A model generated the notes under the pieces. The model ran no database searches. It was not told where the DNA came from and worked only from the letters and a program-made list of their open reading frames with translations. Below, in pieces: positions 25,066-38,165 of a stretch of 64,000 nucleotides of DNA. Origin of the DNA: Lama guanicoe (lineage: Eukaryota); the NCBI GenBank assembly GCA_013239625.1, contig MU053934.1, positions 961,285 through 1,025,284 of the forward strand, in the 5' to 3' direction. Numbering within the stretch: the first letter of the stretch is position 1; every line of letters starts with the position of its first letter. Position numbers and translations under genes: made by a program.

Positions 25066-25285
25066 CAAGGTTTCTCCATCTTGGCACTATTGGCATTTTA
25101 GGCCAGAGACTTCATTATCTGGGGGGATGTCAAGTGCAGTGTAGGATGTTTGAAGCATCCTTGACCTCAACCGACTACATACCAGCAGTACCCATCCTCT
25201 GCCCCAAGTTGTGTCAACCAAAAGTCTCTCCAGATGCTGCTGAATGTCCTCTGGGGGCAAAACTGCCCCCTCCTTGAGAACCACC
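25066..25285. mobile_element. MER20 (hAT-Charlie)
   Basis: tttctccatcttggcactattggcatttt...tgtaggatgttt...ccccaagttgtgtcaaccaaaa...ctgggggcaaaactgcccc...ttgagaaccac. Confidence 0.85.
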
Positions 25286-25913
25286 AACTCAAGGGTTATT
25301 ATGAGAATTTAGGCTATGGCGTGTTAAATGCCCAGCCCGGTGTCTGGCACGTGGAGTGGATTTGGCAAGTGTTGGTTTCCTTCTCCCTTTGGTCTCTGGC
25401 ACCAAGACTCCTGCCCTGGTCTGCTGGGCGGGAAGATTCACGTCTTCCCCGCCAGGGCGCATGGACCAGAAGTAGCCAGGGATGCTGTGCTTCTAACAGC
25501 GCTCTGCTGCTGGACCTTCAGTAATCTCCCTGGTAACCTGAGCTTCCCGACAGCAAAAGGGGAGGCTTGGACTCGGTGACCTTTAAATGTCATTTGAGGG
25601 ATGGCATGTCATGGTACTTAGAGTATACAGGCCAGGAGAGAAGAGGACCTCATGGGGAAAAACGGAAGGCCCTGGCTTTGTGAGATGCAGCAACATGATG
25701 GCTAGGAGGGGTGTGCTGATTGTTGCCAGATATTTGAAGGCTGAATGTATAAAGGAGAGTGTACTCTCAGGCCTCAGCGTAGTGATTAGTTATGACTGGA
25801 ATGAAGCCAGGAGCTAACATCACAGTGGGAATGGAGGTGTTTGGCTAAGTAAGGGCCAAGGGAAATCCTGGAGAAGTAAGTTACTTATCTAAGCCAGATA
25901 CCAACAGTCAGGG

Positions 25914-26472
25914 TGCGGTAGGCAGGATTCTAGGAGGACCCCGATTCCCAGCCTGTGGTTACACACACCTCCCCCCAGCCATTCAAACACTAATAAGTAC
26001 TGCTGCGAAGATTATTTTGCAGATGTAATTAAGGTCCGAAATCAGTTGACCTTAAGATAGAGAGATTATCCTGGTGGGCCTGACCTAATCGTGTGAGCCC
26101 TTTAGAGGTGGGTCTAGAGGTCCGAGACGGAGGTTGGGATGCAAAGTGTGAGAGGGATGTGATGGAGGAACGTAGATGGCATAGAATGTGGAGGGGGGAG
26201 CTTCTAGGAGCTCAGAGCAGCTCCTGGTTGACAGCCAACAAAGAAATGGGGGCCTCATTCCTATATCGGCAAGGAATCAGATTCCAGGCACGAGTGAGCT
26301 GGGGAGAAGATTCTTCCGCAGAGCCTCCAGGTGAGAACTGAGCTTAGCAGGCACATCGATTTCAGCCTTTGAGGCTCTAAGCAGAGAACCACGTTGGGCC
26401 CCTTATCTACAGACCTGCGAGATGATGAGTGGATGCTGTTTTAAGCCACTAAGCGATAGACAACTGATAACG
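25914..26472 (+). mobile_element. MLT1E/F-like solo LTR
   Basis: tgcggtaggcaggattctagg...ttttgcagatgtaattaaggtcc...gctgttttaagccactaag. Confidence 0.8.
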
Positions 26473-28235
26473 ACCTCTGATGTGTCCCCTTGGCTCATTC
26501 AATCCCCCTCCAGCACCCCCACCTCTCCAGCTTGGTGGGCAGACATGCCTCTGGGTATTTCTCTCATTGCAGAGTCAGCCGCATTCCCACGCTGCTGGCT
26601 TCAGGAGACCTCTTGTTTGGAGCTATCTTTGTTCCCAACAAGGAGCGGCCAGTGGCAGAGCTAAGAAAGTGCAGAAGCAGAGGTGGGGGAAAGGAAGAGG
26701 CAAATTCTCTATGGCTTTGACTTCAAGGGAAATGGCAAAATGTTCCTGCCTTGGGTCTCAACCAAATAAAGATTTTTTTTATTATTGTTGTTTTTAATTC
26801 CTGTCACTGTTTATAGATGCTGTCTGGTCTGAGATCAGAGCCAGGACTGTCTTAACACAACCACAGACTAAACGACTTGGGGCTGGTGAGAGGAATAATG
26901 GGAACTGCGTTTCTTAAAGCAAATTGGTAAACAAGACCAGAGGCACTGTCTTGTGAAACAGAATGAGGCTAAATGCAGATCTGCTGTGTGTGTTTGTGTG
27001 TAAACGAGGCGTGTGTGAGTGTGTCTTTGCGTAGACAGAACGCTCCATCCGTGGGTACCAGAGGGTTGTGATGTACGGTGCTTGTGAAGTCACGCTGGTG
27101 AAGCTGTCCTGTGATTGTGGGGAATTACGTGTGCGCATATCCAGGTAGAAGAGCGTGGTAAAGGAGGGGAGTTGTGATGAGGGGAACGTGCACGTGAAAC
27201 TGCGACGCTGGTATACTCATATGTAAACGGGTACGTGTGTGATGGGTGGTGTGTGGTGGAGCACTGCAGTGAGGGACTTACGTGTGCAGTTATTTGTAGA
27301 AGTGATGAGATGTGGGAGGTTAGTGGGTGACGACATGGGGTGGCAGAGGAAAGTGTAACTGTGGAAGGTACACGTGTGGCGCTGTTGTAGTTGAGGGGTC
27401 TGAGGTATAATGCATATGAGTGGTAGGAGTGTGCGTTCCCAGATCCTGCTCAGCAATTCTCGTCTCTAATATGTTACCTTGTTTAAATTTTGTCTTTGCA
27501 CTGATAACTGTCTAAATCTATCTTATTTATATAATCGCGTGTTTCTTTCTCTCTCCACTGGAATGTTAAGTTCCATGAGAGCAGAGCGCAGGTCTACCTT
27601 GTTTACTGATGTAGCATCAATTTTTTAGAACAGTGCATGGCATATAAAAAATGAAAGGATGTGGGAGGTGACGTGAGAGTGGGGTGTCTGTGCTCATGAG
27701 TACAGGTAGGACGGTGGTAGGGAATTTCCTATGATAGTGGGAATGGTATTCAGTAGCTCATTACCTGCAAGTTAGCGAAGAGGCGAAGTGAGGCTGGTAG
27801 AGGTGATCGGCTTTATGTGTGACTGCGTACTGTCTGCACATGAGTGTGTAGTGAATGTCTGAATGTGAACTTGAAGGATCTGCACTTCGTTCTCTTGCAG
27901 AGAGACAAGTGGGGGGTGTATTTATGTTTGAGCAAATGCCATTTGCAATCCTACTGGGGTGTATCTTGTCAGGTGTGGACTCCCTCCAGGTTCCAGGGAC
28001 CTGAAGCTGCACTGCATCTTCCTAATGAAAAGTCCTGTCTCCACAGCTGGGTCTCGGGAGCCATAATTACCTAGAAAGACACAGATGGGGTTAAGGGAAG
28101 AGAGAATTCTGTCTTCTTAAATGGTCCCTCAAATGAGTAGCAGATCTTCTTGGATACCTGTAAGATGTGCTTACAAAACACGAGGACGCCAAGTCCAGCT
28201 TCATTTGTTTGCAGCAGTGATTGGCTGTGGCTTTA

Positions 28236-28288
28236 GGTGTGGGTGTGGGGGTGTGTGTGGGTGTGTGTGTGCGTGTGTGTGTGTGTGT
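28236..28288. repeat. Imperfect (GT)n microsatellite
   Basis: Direct inspection. Confidence 0.95.
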
Positions 28289-30875
28289 TTTCCTTCAAAG
28301 AGCCAAGGCTTTACCTCTCAGCTTCTGGAAACACTTTCTATGATCCGAACAATTATACTCTGAATGTTTAAATGTCCCTGAAATATCAGGTCCCTGTTTC
28401 TTCAACTAGAAAGGCTCATTTTTTTTCTCTAGTTATTTCTAAAGAATTATCTTTTTGCTTGTCTTTATTAGTTTTGCTGATAAGAGCCCTAAGTACCTGC
28501 TAATTCTCCTGCCCAGCTCCAAGATTAGAGCGGGTTGGACACCTTTCTCCTTGTCTGAATGACCTCAAAGCCCTCCATCCCAATTTATCTTAAGTTCTAT
28601 CTACTCTCACTTATTGAAAAAAAAAATGCTCTGGGCACTTCTGAGCTTCCAGGTTTAGGATCCATCTTTCTTTTTTCCTTCTCCCACGTCTCTGATGTAG
28701 CTGGAGGGTAGCTGATTAACTACAAAGAACTACTGAGTTTCAAGTATAGTATAATGCTAAAATTGGCTACCTGGGTAATATGAAGAAAAAAAAGTATTTT
28801 TCCTGGAAATCTTCAATCAGATTGTTTGACCTAAAATTTATTAAGTGCTGGAAGCTGTAAAAGGCACCTTTTCTGTCCTCATTTTTCATAACCTACTATG
28901 TGAAAGTCATTGTCTTAGAACCTGAAAGTGAAATAGGAGCTGGCAGAGAGAAATTCTATGGAAAAGAAGTAAAAAAAAAAAAAAACCTGGTTAAGGGGAA
29001 AGAATTCTTGGAAGAACAGCATCCAGAAGGCAGACTTGACTGGCACCACCGTCAGCATCACCATGATCATCACCCTCAGCCTTACCGATAGTCTCATAAA
29101 GTTCATAGGATGTGAGTCATTGCTCCCTCCTCTTCTTCTGGTCTTACATTCATATGAAAAAGGCAATAGATATTGGTCCACCCACCCGATGTGGGTTTCA
29201 TAGAACACAAATTTTATGGGTCACTCCTCTGCCCAGGATCATTCAATTCCCCTGGTCTAAATTCAAATCAAATACAAATTCTTTTGATAGCCAGTCAGGG
29301 CTCACCATGCCCTGATCTTATCTGGTGTAAATCTTATCACCAGGATGAATTTATCCCCCAGTGCCTATCACACGGTACCAGGCTCTGTAAACTGGGGGTA
29401 CAGAGAGGGGAAAGAGATACAAGGCCCCATCTGTGACCTCAAGGAGCTCACAGTCCAGCAGAAGAGGCAAGGTGTACAGAGATGACAGCAGCCAAATTCA
29501 TGCTGGGTGACGGGTGGTTATGACGGGGGTGGGAAGAGAGATGATGCTGGAGCTGAGCCTTGGAGGATGGTGCAGGGCTGTTCCAGGTGGTTACAAAAAG
29601 TGATGGCTTCCTCAGCCATGCTCTCTGGCTTAGACATCACATGCCTTCTGTCCTCCAGGGCTCTGATGATGCATGTCTGTTACTAGAAATGTCCACTGCT
29701 TCTTCCCTTACTTACGTCCTGCCTATCCTGCAGGGACCGTACCCAGCCTCGGCATTTCCATGAAGCCTTCCCTGACCAGTAGGACCCATCCTCTCTCTCT
29801 CTTCCCTAAACTGCAGTCTAGTCATTGTGCTCAATATGGTGATGGTTTTGCTTCTCTACTAAGGAAGAAAACTCTGAGGACAGGAGGTCCAGCTCTCCTT
29901 GGATCCATGACCTGGTAAAGCTGGGCAGCTCCTAGAGAGAAAGATGCTCATAGTGTTTCAGAACATGTTCTTGAAAGCCAGACCATGAGAGCTGAGATTA
30001 TGAGGGCTCTGGTGCTTATGAAGTGTGTTACTTTCAGAAAGCTATTGAAATTTCCTATGCCTCAATTTACTCATCTGTAAAATGGGAGTGACTAATGAGA
30101 CTAATTCATAAGTGTAAGGCCTTTAGAATAATGCCTGGGAAGTGGTAAGTGTTAAATAAATGTTGCTTATTATTATTGTTATTTTTATTATATGATGGAT
30201 CAGCCTTTTCTGCTATTTCATAGATGAAGAGGCACAGAGAAGGGAAGTAACCTTCCTAGGGTCACACAGTAAGCAAGTGGCAGAGCTGGGAGCAGAACTT
30301 AAGTGCTGTAACTGCGGGCCAGGCCTCTTGCAGCAGTATTCACGTCCTGGTTTTCCTACAGATCCCAGCCCAGCCCTTAACTGACAGCTCCACGAGTCTG
30401 TCAAGTGGATGATTGACCACTGAACCCAGCCAGAAGGTCCCAGAACGGGCTGGGTGTGAAGAAAGTAGCTAACCTGGTCCAAATCTCAGTGGTCTGGGCT
30501 CTCCACCCATAGAAAACCTAACCCACCCTTTGGAGAGACACTGCCTGTGGGCTGGAAGAAAGGAAGAGTTGGGGCAGTTTTAAATGAATGCTCTTGGATT
30601 GGGCTTAAAAGTTTCACCTTCACTTTCTTTCTCTCCATCTTCTATGACAACCTGGAGGCAACTTGGTTTTTGCCAGCTTAAGAAGCCGCTCCATTTAAAA
30701 GCCATGAGTTTTTAATTGCAGAGAGATTGCATTCCTGCTGCCTGGCTGCAGGCTGTCTCTTAGTACCAGGTACTTGGGACCTGATGTGCCAGGCAGGCAG
30801 CCAGCCATGCCCCAATGCCCCGCAGAGCAGAGCTGGCTCGCTGCTCTCCCTAACCTGCCCAGGCCCTTTTCTTAC

Positions 30876-30893
30876 CTGAAGGTCCACCTCCTG
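30876..30893 (-). other. Candidate 18-nt (or 15-nt via NAGNAG) microexon CAGGAGGTGGACCTTCAG
   Basis: cttctgcttctccacatcctcccttgTGCaactaaag|...CAG|gtaaga; frame-preserving length. Confidence 0.3.
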
Positions 30894-31342
30894 CTTTAGT
30901 TGCACAAGGGAGGATGTGGAGAAGCAGAAGCAATCCTGCGCTCTCTTTCTTCCTCTACATAAACTTGCTGTGTAATCTTGGTCAAGTTCATGTGCTTCTC
31001 TGGACTACAGTCTCTTCATGGTAGTAAGCACCATTTATTGAATGTCTTTGATGAGTTTGATTCAGGCCCATCCTGATTCCTCCAACAACCTAGTTAGGAA
31101 GGCTTTATTATCCATTTTATATTCAAAGAAGCAGACTCAGAGAGGTGAAGTGGCTTGCCCAAGGGCGTGTATTTGATGTGCAGTGAAACCTGGACTCAGA
31201 GCAGTGTGGCAGAATGGGAAGAAATATGGTGGTATCAATACAGATTGTGCCAGTACCAACGGGGCATCCTTGAGCCTGATCCTGCTGCCAAGTGAGAAAG
31301 CCCTTTATATGATAAAGAACTTCATATTGGTAATCTGTAATA

Positions 31343-31510
31343 CAGTGATTCCCAAACATGCCTGCACATCTGACTCACCAGAAGCTCAATGAAAACAGAT
31401 AAACAGATTCCTAAACCTTAACCCAAGCTTAGAGAATCTCAGATCTCTGTGGATGGGACCTGGGAATCTGAAATTGAACAAGCTCACGTCTGACACATGG
31501 GAGGATGTGC
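31343..31510. mobile_element. MER5-like hAT-Charlie element
   Basis: cagtgattcccaaacatgcctgcacat...gggacctgggaatctg...aacaagctc. Confidence 0.65.
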
Positions 31511-32927
31511 AAGCTACCATGGATTCACTAATTCTCACATTCTGTGAGATCGTGCTTGTGTTGGTAAAACACAGCAAGTTACCCTCTAGAGGAACAAACA
31601 AATCCCACATTTTGTTGCATGACTTGACACAACCAAAGTGCATTTCCTGCTCTGGTAACATCTGCTGTCAATGTGGGTGCCTCTCCAGAGCAGCTGTCCT
31701 CTGGTAGGGGGCTCCCATCCCAGGTCTTGCTTTAAGGCATCTCCACGGCAACCCGCGCTTCTGTGATGCTCGTGGCAGGAGATGAGAGCCCTGGCAATGG
31801 GACACTTCCACCCCAAAGTGGCACACACAACTTCTGCTTAAATTTCATTGTTCAAAGTAAGCCTAATGCTTTATGCTAGGCAAATAAGGGCAAGCATCCC
31901 TGTGTGTCCCAAGGTAGAGATGGAGTGGGTATTGGTAAATAATATAAACAATATAAACGCCTATTACAATGATCTCGTGGAGCTGCTTGTAACGCCTTCA
32001 TCTTCACCTGATGGCACAAATAGAAAGATAGAAAGAAGGCCAAAGGCCAGGAATAATTCTTGGTAGTAGAAATAGCTGCTTATTCATTTATTGGTTCATT
32101 CATTCATTCCAAAAATACTCTCTGAACCCTACTATGCATGGACCACCATGCATAGTGGTGCATGATGGACTGGACCACTGAATGAAGAAACAACCATGGA
32201 TCATATACAGACAACTGAACTTAAGGCATTTGGTCAAATGCAAAAGGCATTTGGATAATGAATAACGAAAAGGGTAATAAAAATAAACAGCCACAAATGA
32301 AGACAAGAGCAAGAGAGGACTTTCCAGATGAGGGAAGAGCATGTGTGAAGCCATGGAGACAGGAAACAGCCTAAGATGCTCGCATGCCTGTGAACTTTCT
32401 CTGAAGCTGAGGCTTTTGGGAGGAGAAAGAAAAGACTAAAAGATAAAGCTTGGGTGAGGCTGTGAAGATACAAGTCAGGAGGGAGTGAAAATCCTGGGGA
32501 GCCAGTGAGAGAACCTCAGATGTGCCGTACGTTTTCACCCGCATTGCTTCGTTTCTGTCCCTTTGCTGCGGTGGCAAACGTTTTGGTTTGGGATAGACTT
32601 GGGTTAGAATAACAACTGCCAATTACGGAGTGACTTGAGGCGGGGTACCCAACTTCCCTGGACCCTAATTGCCTCATCTGTGAAGTAGGTGTCGGCACAG
32701 ACACGGGAATGTCTCACTAAAGCCTCCCTTCAGGAGGGAGTCTGCCTTGAAGGGTGGAGTCAGCTGACAGTCCCCACTTGTCACACCTTCAGGACCCACT
32801 GGGGCATTTTTATGTTGAGGCCACACTCTCCCTGGACTGTCCGCACCCAAGGGTTGCGCACACTCGGGAGCTGTAGTTGGTGCTCCTGCCCACGAGGGGA
32901 CTCCTTTTGTTCTGGGTCTCCCATCAG

Positions 32928-33602
32928 CTCATATTCCTTTTCATTATAGGCTATTACAAGCTATTGAATATAGTTCCCTGTGCTATACAGTAGGACCTTG
33001 TTGTTTACCTACTGTGTAGATAATTTGTTTGTGACTGCTAATCCCAAACTCCTGATTTATCCCTTCCCCCTTTTTCCCCCAGTAACTAAGTTTGTTTTCT
33101 ATGTCTGTGAGACTCTTTCTGTTTCGTAAATAAGTTCATTGGTGTCATTTAAAAAATATTCCACATATAAGTGATAGCATATGACATTGTTTCTCTGTCT
33201 AACCTGCTTCACTTAGTATGACCATCTCTAGGTCCATCCATGTTGCTGCAAACAGCACTATTTCATTCTTTTCTATGGCTGAGTGGCATTCCTTTTTTAT
33301 ATATAATACAACTTCTTTCTCCATGCACGTGTCAACGAACATTTAGGTTGTTTTAGTTGATTATTATATTTTAAAATATACTTCTGTTACATGATTTATC
33401 AGCTTTAAATAATACATTTTGACCTCTGGCTGTGAAAGATTATATGTATAAGCACACACACCACAACTTCTTTATCCAGTCATCTGTCGAGGGACATTCA
33501 GGTGGCTTCCATGTCTTGGCTATTGTAAATAGTGCTACTGTGAAAATTGGGGTGCATGATCTTTTCAAATTTGAGTCTTCAACTGATACATGCCCAGGAG
33601 TG
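32928..33602 (-). mobile_element. L1 3' fragments (two pieces, interrupted at ~33352-33440)
   Basis: tattgaatatagttccctgtgctatacagtagg...ccatccatgttgctgcaaa...cttggctattgtaaatagtgct. Confidence 0.85.
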
Positions 33603-34105
33603 ATTTTCTTCACAATATTTATTAGTCATCTTCGAAAGATCTGGGTTTTTTGTTGTTGTAGTTGTTGTTTTTGCTAGCGGTCACCAGCCATCTAAACCTC
33701 CCAAAACAACATAAGCTCCCTGAGAACAAGGATCTCCTCTGTCTTGCTCACCTCACGATGTATTCTTGGAACCTAAAACAGTGCTAGTATCTCAATAACT
33801 CTGTATTGAATAAATCAGTTTATCAGAGAATGACTACTTTCCATATTAACTCATGAACATACGAGGTTATTTTTTTCCTGCAGGAAAGTGTATCATACGT
33901 GTTCCCATTATATCGGGTGAGCAGGACTTGGTCGGTACGACTGTACGTTGTGTTTCTCCCTCTGGTCTCTGAGACTTCTCTGTGGGTTGGTTTTCACCCT
34001 GACCCTGGAGGAAATCTCATGCAGGCACCACAACTTTTTGAGTTCCTCTCATTCTCAAGAACAATTTCATTTTGGCAATTAAACAATTTAATCCAACCTA
34101 GTGTT

Positions 34106-34187
34106 TTAGGTTGAGCCATGAGGAAATTGCCAATATTTGATGCTTTTGGATGTATTTAAAGGACAGTTTCACGTGATCCAAACTAAG
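34106..34187. mobile_element. MADE2-like mariner MITE (second copy at ~36011-36090)
   Basis: ~80 bp with terminal inverted repeats; copy 2 reads ttagtttgaaccgtga...tcacatggttcaaactaa. Confidence 0.7.
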
Positions 34188-36279
34188 AACGCAGTGTAAA
34201 GCCAAACGGAGTTCAAATTTGAACTCATCCCTCCCTCAGCTTGTAAACTGCCCCCCCCCCCCCGTGAGGACAAAGGCCACGGCTGGCTTCTTGTCTTCCT
34301 CTTGATCACCTGCTGCTCTGGCAAGGTGCTGCTTGTGTCACGTTCAAGGTCAGCCCAGATGAAGAGGGGATCAGGGAAGGGGCATAGTTTCATGTGGCTG
34401 ACGTTGCAGGGAGCTGATGTTGCGTCTAGGCTTGGTGAACAGTCAAAACGGACTTTTCCTTCTTAGATCACTTTTGTCTGCTTTTCTTGGGATCATCCAT
34501 CAGGGAAATCCCTTTCCTGAAACCAGTGTGCTCTCTGGGGGGCAGTCTTGTGTTTCCCATCCGCCCTTGGTCTTCTGGCAGTGCATTCTCTCATTGGGTG
34601 CCTCTAGGCTTCTCATGGACAGAATTCTTCAGAGATGCTCCTGGAAAGCTTTCTTAGTTATGGCTGATATCTGGTGCAAGGAAACACACACCTCTGCCCC
34701 AGCGTCAGTGAAGGGTTGAATTTCACCCAGTAGAACTCCACTCACAGTGGGCTCGGTCGCTCACGCCTTTCCTAATGCCCCGTAACCCCCAGGGATAGAG
34801 GTCAATTCTCTCCGTGGCCTCACTAACCCTCTACAGTCTAGTTTTTTGTATATGTTTACATATAGTTATTAAAGTATAATCAGTTTACCATGTTGTGTTA
34901 TCATCTAATTTAATGCCAAGAGGTATCACGCTTCCTTCCATCTTGAGGGGAAAGAGGAAGATGCTGTAACATCCCAGCAGCCCTCTTCAAAGGGCTCCGC
35001 TCTCCTGATACTCCCAACTCAGCACTTTTACAGGCTAGAGGTGAGGGATTTTGCCGGCAGAACCAGTTTTAACATGTTCTTTCCACGTCCCATATGCGGA
35101 TATGGCATCTCATTTTAGGATGTGGGGGTCTATGTCACCCGTTGTACATTCTGGCCCTTTGGGATTTTCGCTGAGACTCTGAGACAACAGAAAGAGCTCC
35201 CTGTGGCATTCAGCTTCACGTACACACAGTTTTTGATCAAGTCCAGCCTTTGTCATTCTATTTCAGAAATGACAGCACGGCACAGGCAGTTCTGCAAAGT
35301 ACAGCTTCTTCTGAGCCCATTAGGGGAAGTTTCAGGGAACAACCTGGCTGCCTGTTAGAAGATTTTTATCAGCTTGGTTTTTGAGAAAGATAGATTACAA
35401 GGGCAGTGTGTAATCACTACTGCGAGGGAGATTTTCAAAGTCAGTTTTCTGCTGGAAGAAGCTACTCAAAGTATATTGACTAACTGACTGGCCACTCACA
35501 GGATTGGATCATTTAAACATGGCAGCTGCTGACAGAGCTTGATGAACATCAAACCTCATATGTGATTTTTTAACGACATTGCACAAAGAATTCAAACCTC
35601 ATGGGGCATAGTGACAGGCACGGTAAAAGTCTAGGATTCCTGTCTTTTCCACTAGCATATAGATGATGTAGGGTAGTTGCTTAGGGCCCAGGTTTTGGGG
35701 TCAAGCAGACCCACATTTGAATTCCTGCTCCCCTACTTACTAACCGGGTGTCATTCATCAAGTATTCCTCATCTGGAAACCCTAATCTGTAGGGTTCATG
35801 AGAACATTAAACAAGGTAAGATACCAGTGCTGTGCCTTAAATACTTACTATGTGTAAACGTAAATACTTAATATATATTAAATACAGTGTGTTCATTTCC
35901 ACCCTGACCCTGGAGGAAATCTCATGCAGGTACCGCAACTTTTTGAGTTCCTTTCATCCTCGAGAGTAATTTCATTTTGGCGATCAAATGGTTTAATCCA
36001 ATCTAGTGTTTTAGTTTGAACCGTGAGAAATTGCCAGTATTTGATAATTTTTGATCTATGTAAAAGGCAGTTTCACATGGTTCAAACTAATAATGCAGTG
36101 TTAAGTATTTAATATATATATACTAAATACTTAATATATATATATATACAGTATATATATATATATAAAATACGTAAATACTTAATATATATAAACTATT
36201 ATCACTATTTAATTCCAGTCGAGGCAAAGGCTTTGGCATTTTTGTTAACCAATGAAGCATTACCCCTCCAGTTACCCTT

Positions 36280-38165
36280 TAAAATTTTTGAGACAACACT
36301 AAACTTACCACAAAAAAAGCTAAACAAAACAAAACACATACGCACACTACAAACACCTTTTTTTCCTAAACCATCTGAGAGTAAGTTGGCACCCTGATGT
36401 CCAATTACCCCAGAATAAATCGGTGTGTATTTCCTATAAACAATGACATTGTCCTATATAACCACAACATACCACTCAAGCCAGGAAGGTAGCATGAAGA
36501 CATCACCGCCATCCACTCCGCAGATCCATTCACGTTTCTCCAGTTGCCCTAATAATTTCCCTTATACCTAAAAGACTGACATAAATCATGCATTCCATCG
36601 AGTTTCATGTAATTCTGGTCTTCCTTAGTCATTTCTCAGTCTTTCTTTGACTTTCATGACCTTGACACTTTTGAAGAGTACAGGTCATTTATTCTGCAGG
36701 ATATCTCTCAATTTCGTTTTATATTATATTTCCTTATGATTAGATTGAGGCTCTGCAGCCTTAGCAGAAATACTGCATAAGTGATGCTGTGTTCTTTTTA
36801 TTGCATCCCATCTGGTGGGTGGGTGATTCCATTTGTTTTCTTGCTCTCTTGAGTAAGGTGGAGTCTGCCAGGCTTCCCCACCACAAAGTCACTACTCTTC
36901 CTTTCGTAACTAATACTTTTTTTATGGGAAAGTACTTTGACATTATGTAAATATGTTACTGTCATCACACTTGTAAGTTGTTTTTATCAGTATGAATTAG
37001 TGGTTTTCTATTTTATTCAGGGTGTTACAACCTGTTATTATCCTGACGTATTTGATTACTCAAGTTGTTCCCAATTTGGCCAGCAGGGTTCCACTCAAGC
37101 TGGGTTTTGGGTCCCTTTGAAATGTTCCTATTATTTCTCTCCGTTACAAGATGTTTCAGTCTCATCTTGCACATCCCCTGCCCACCCCTGAAATAAGCTG
37201 TTTCCCAGGGAGTTCAGGTTGCTTTCAGGGGAGAATGGTATTGAGAAGCCAAGCTATGAGCTCTGGGTGTGTTCATTGCTACTGGGATGTCACTACTCCC
37301 AGCTCTTCTTGGTAGGCAGAGCCAGGGAACTTACGTGTGTCTATTCACACGTTGCCATTTGTTTCTGTCTGTCTATATTAAAGGCCGTGCATTTGGTCTG
37401 ACTGTAATTCAACACTGCAGGTTTCGTTCTGATTTTCTGCCTTTCCATATCTGTATCTCCCTTCTCCAAACAGTTCCCACTGTCCTTACTTTATTTACGT
37501 ATTTGGTCAATCCCTTGGGCACAACGAATCTCCCATCTCCACTGCCTCCCCCACAGCAGATGGCCTCTCACTCCATTTGAACGCCAACAGCCCATGCAGG
37601 CCCACCGCACTGTGTGGACACCTGTTCACCCTGCTGGGTCTTGGATACCCCACACTGGGCTGCCCCACACGTAAGTACACTCTTGAGAATCATCATGAGT
37701 GTACTTCTGCGAGGCACCCCCTCCTCGCTTTGTTCATGCTCTCATTCTCCACTCTAAGCACATCCCCTCACCTCACCCGACTTGATACTCCCCGGAGTCG
37801 GCCCTTCCTGGGGGTCCTGCTCTTCTTCCCGCTCGGATTCTCACTTCCCAGACGGGGCAACATGAATGGACACCCTTCTCAACTTCACCTGGGCCCTGAG
37901 GGCTACTCTTCTTTATGGACGCCCCTCTCACCACACTTGGGGTGACCCCCCCGATGTGGACAGCCTCCCCACATGCCCCAGGTCCTGACATTTCACATCA
38001 GGTTGCCCCTTTGCTGGTTGTCCTCCTTACCTGGTGCGGCTCAGGCTACTCTGCTTCGGGCAGTCCTCCCTGCTCCCGGGCTGGACCTCTGACTCTGGGG
38101 GACTGCAGCCCTCTTCCCCGTAGGTACCAAAAAACACCTAATAGACTTAGGACTGAATTATTCAG
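36280..38165 (-). mobile_element. Ancient L1MC/MD/ME-type 3' region with C-rich degenerate internal repeats
   Basis: aaccatctgagagtaagttg; gtctgccaggcttccccaccacaaagtcact; caatttggccagcagg. Confidence 0.6.

Noticed and set aside
24497..25096. 199-aa minus-strand ORF
   Set aside because: Starts inside MER20, has low-information composition and no recognisable domain; consistent with chance
37540..38165. GC-rich ORF-dense stretch
   Set aside because: Contiguous with ancient L1 3' sequence; degenerate internal repeats explain the ORFs
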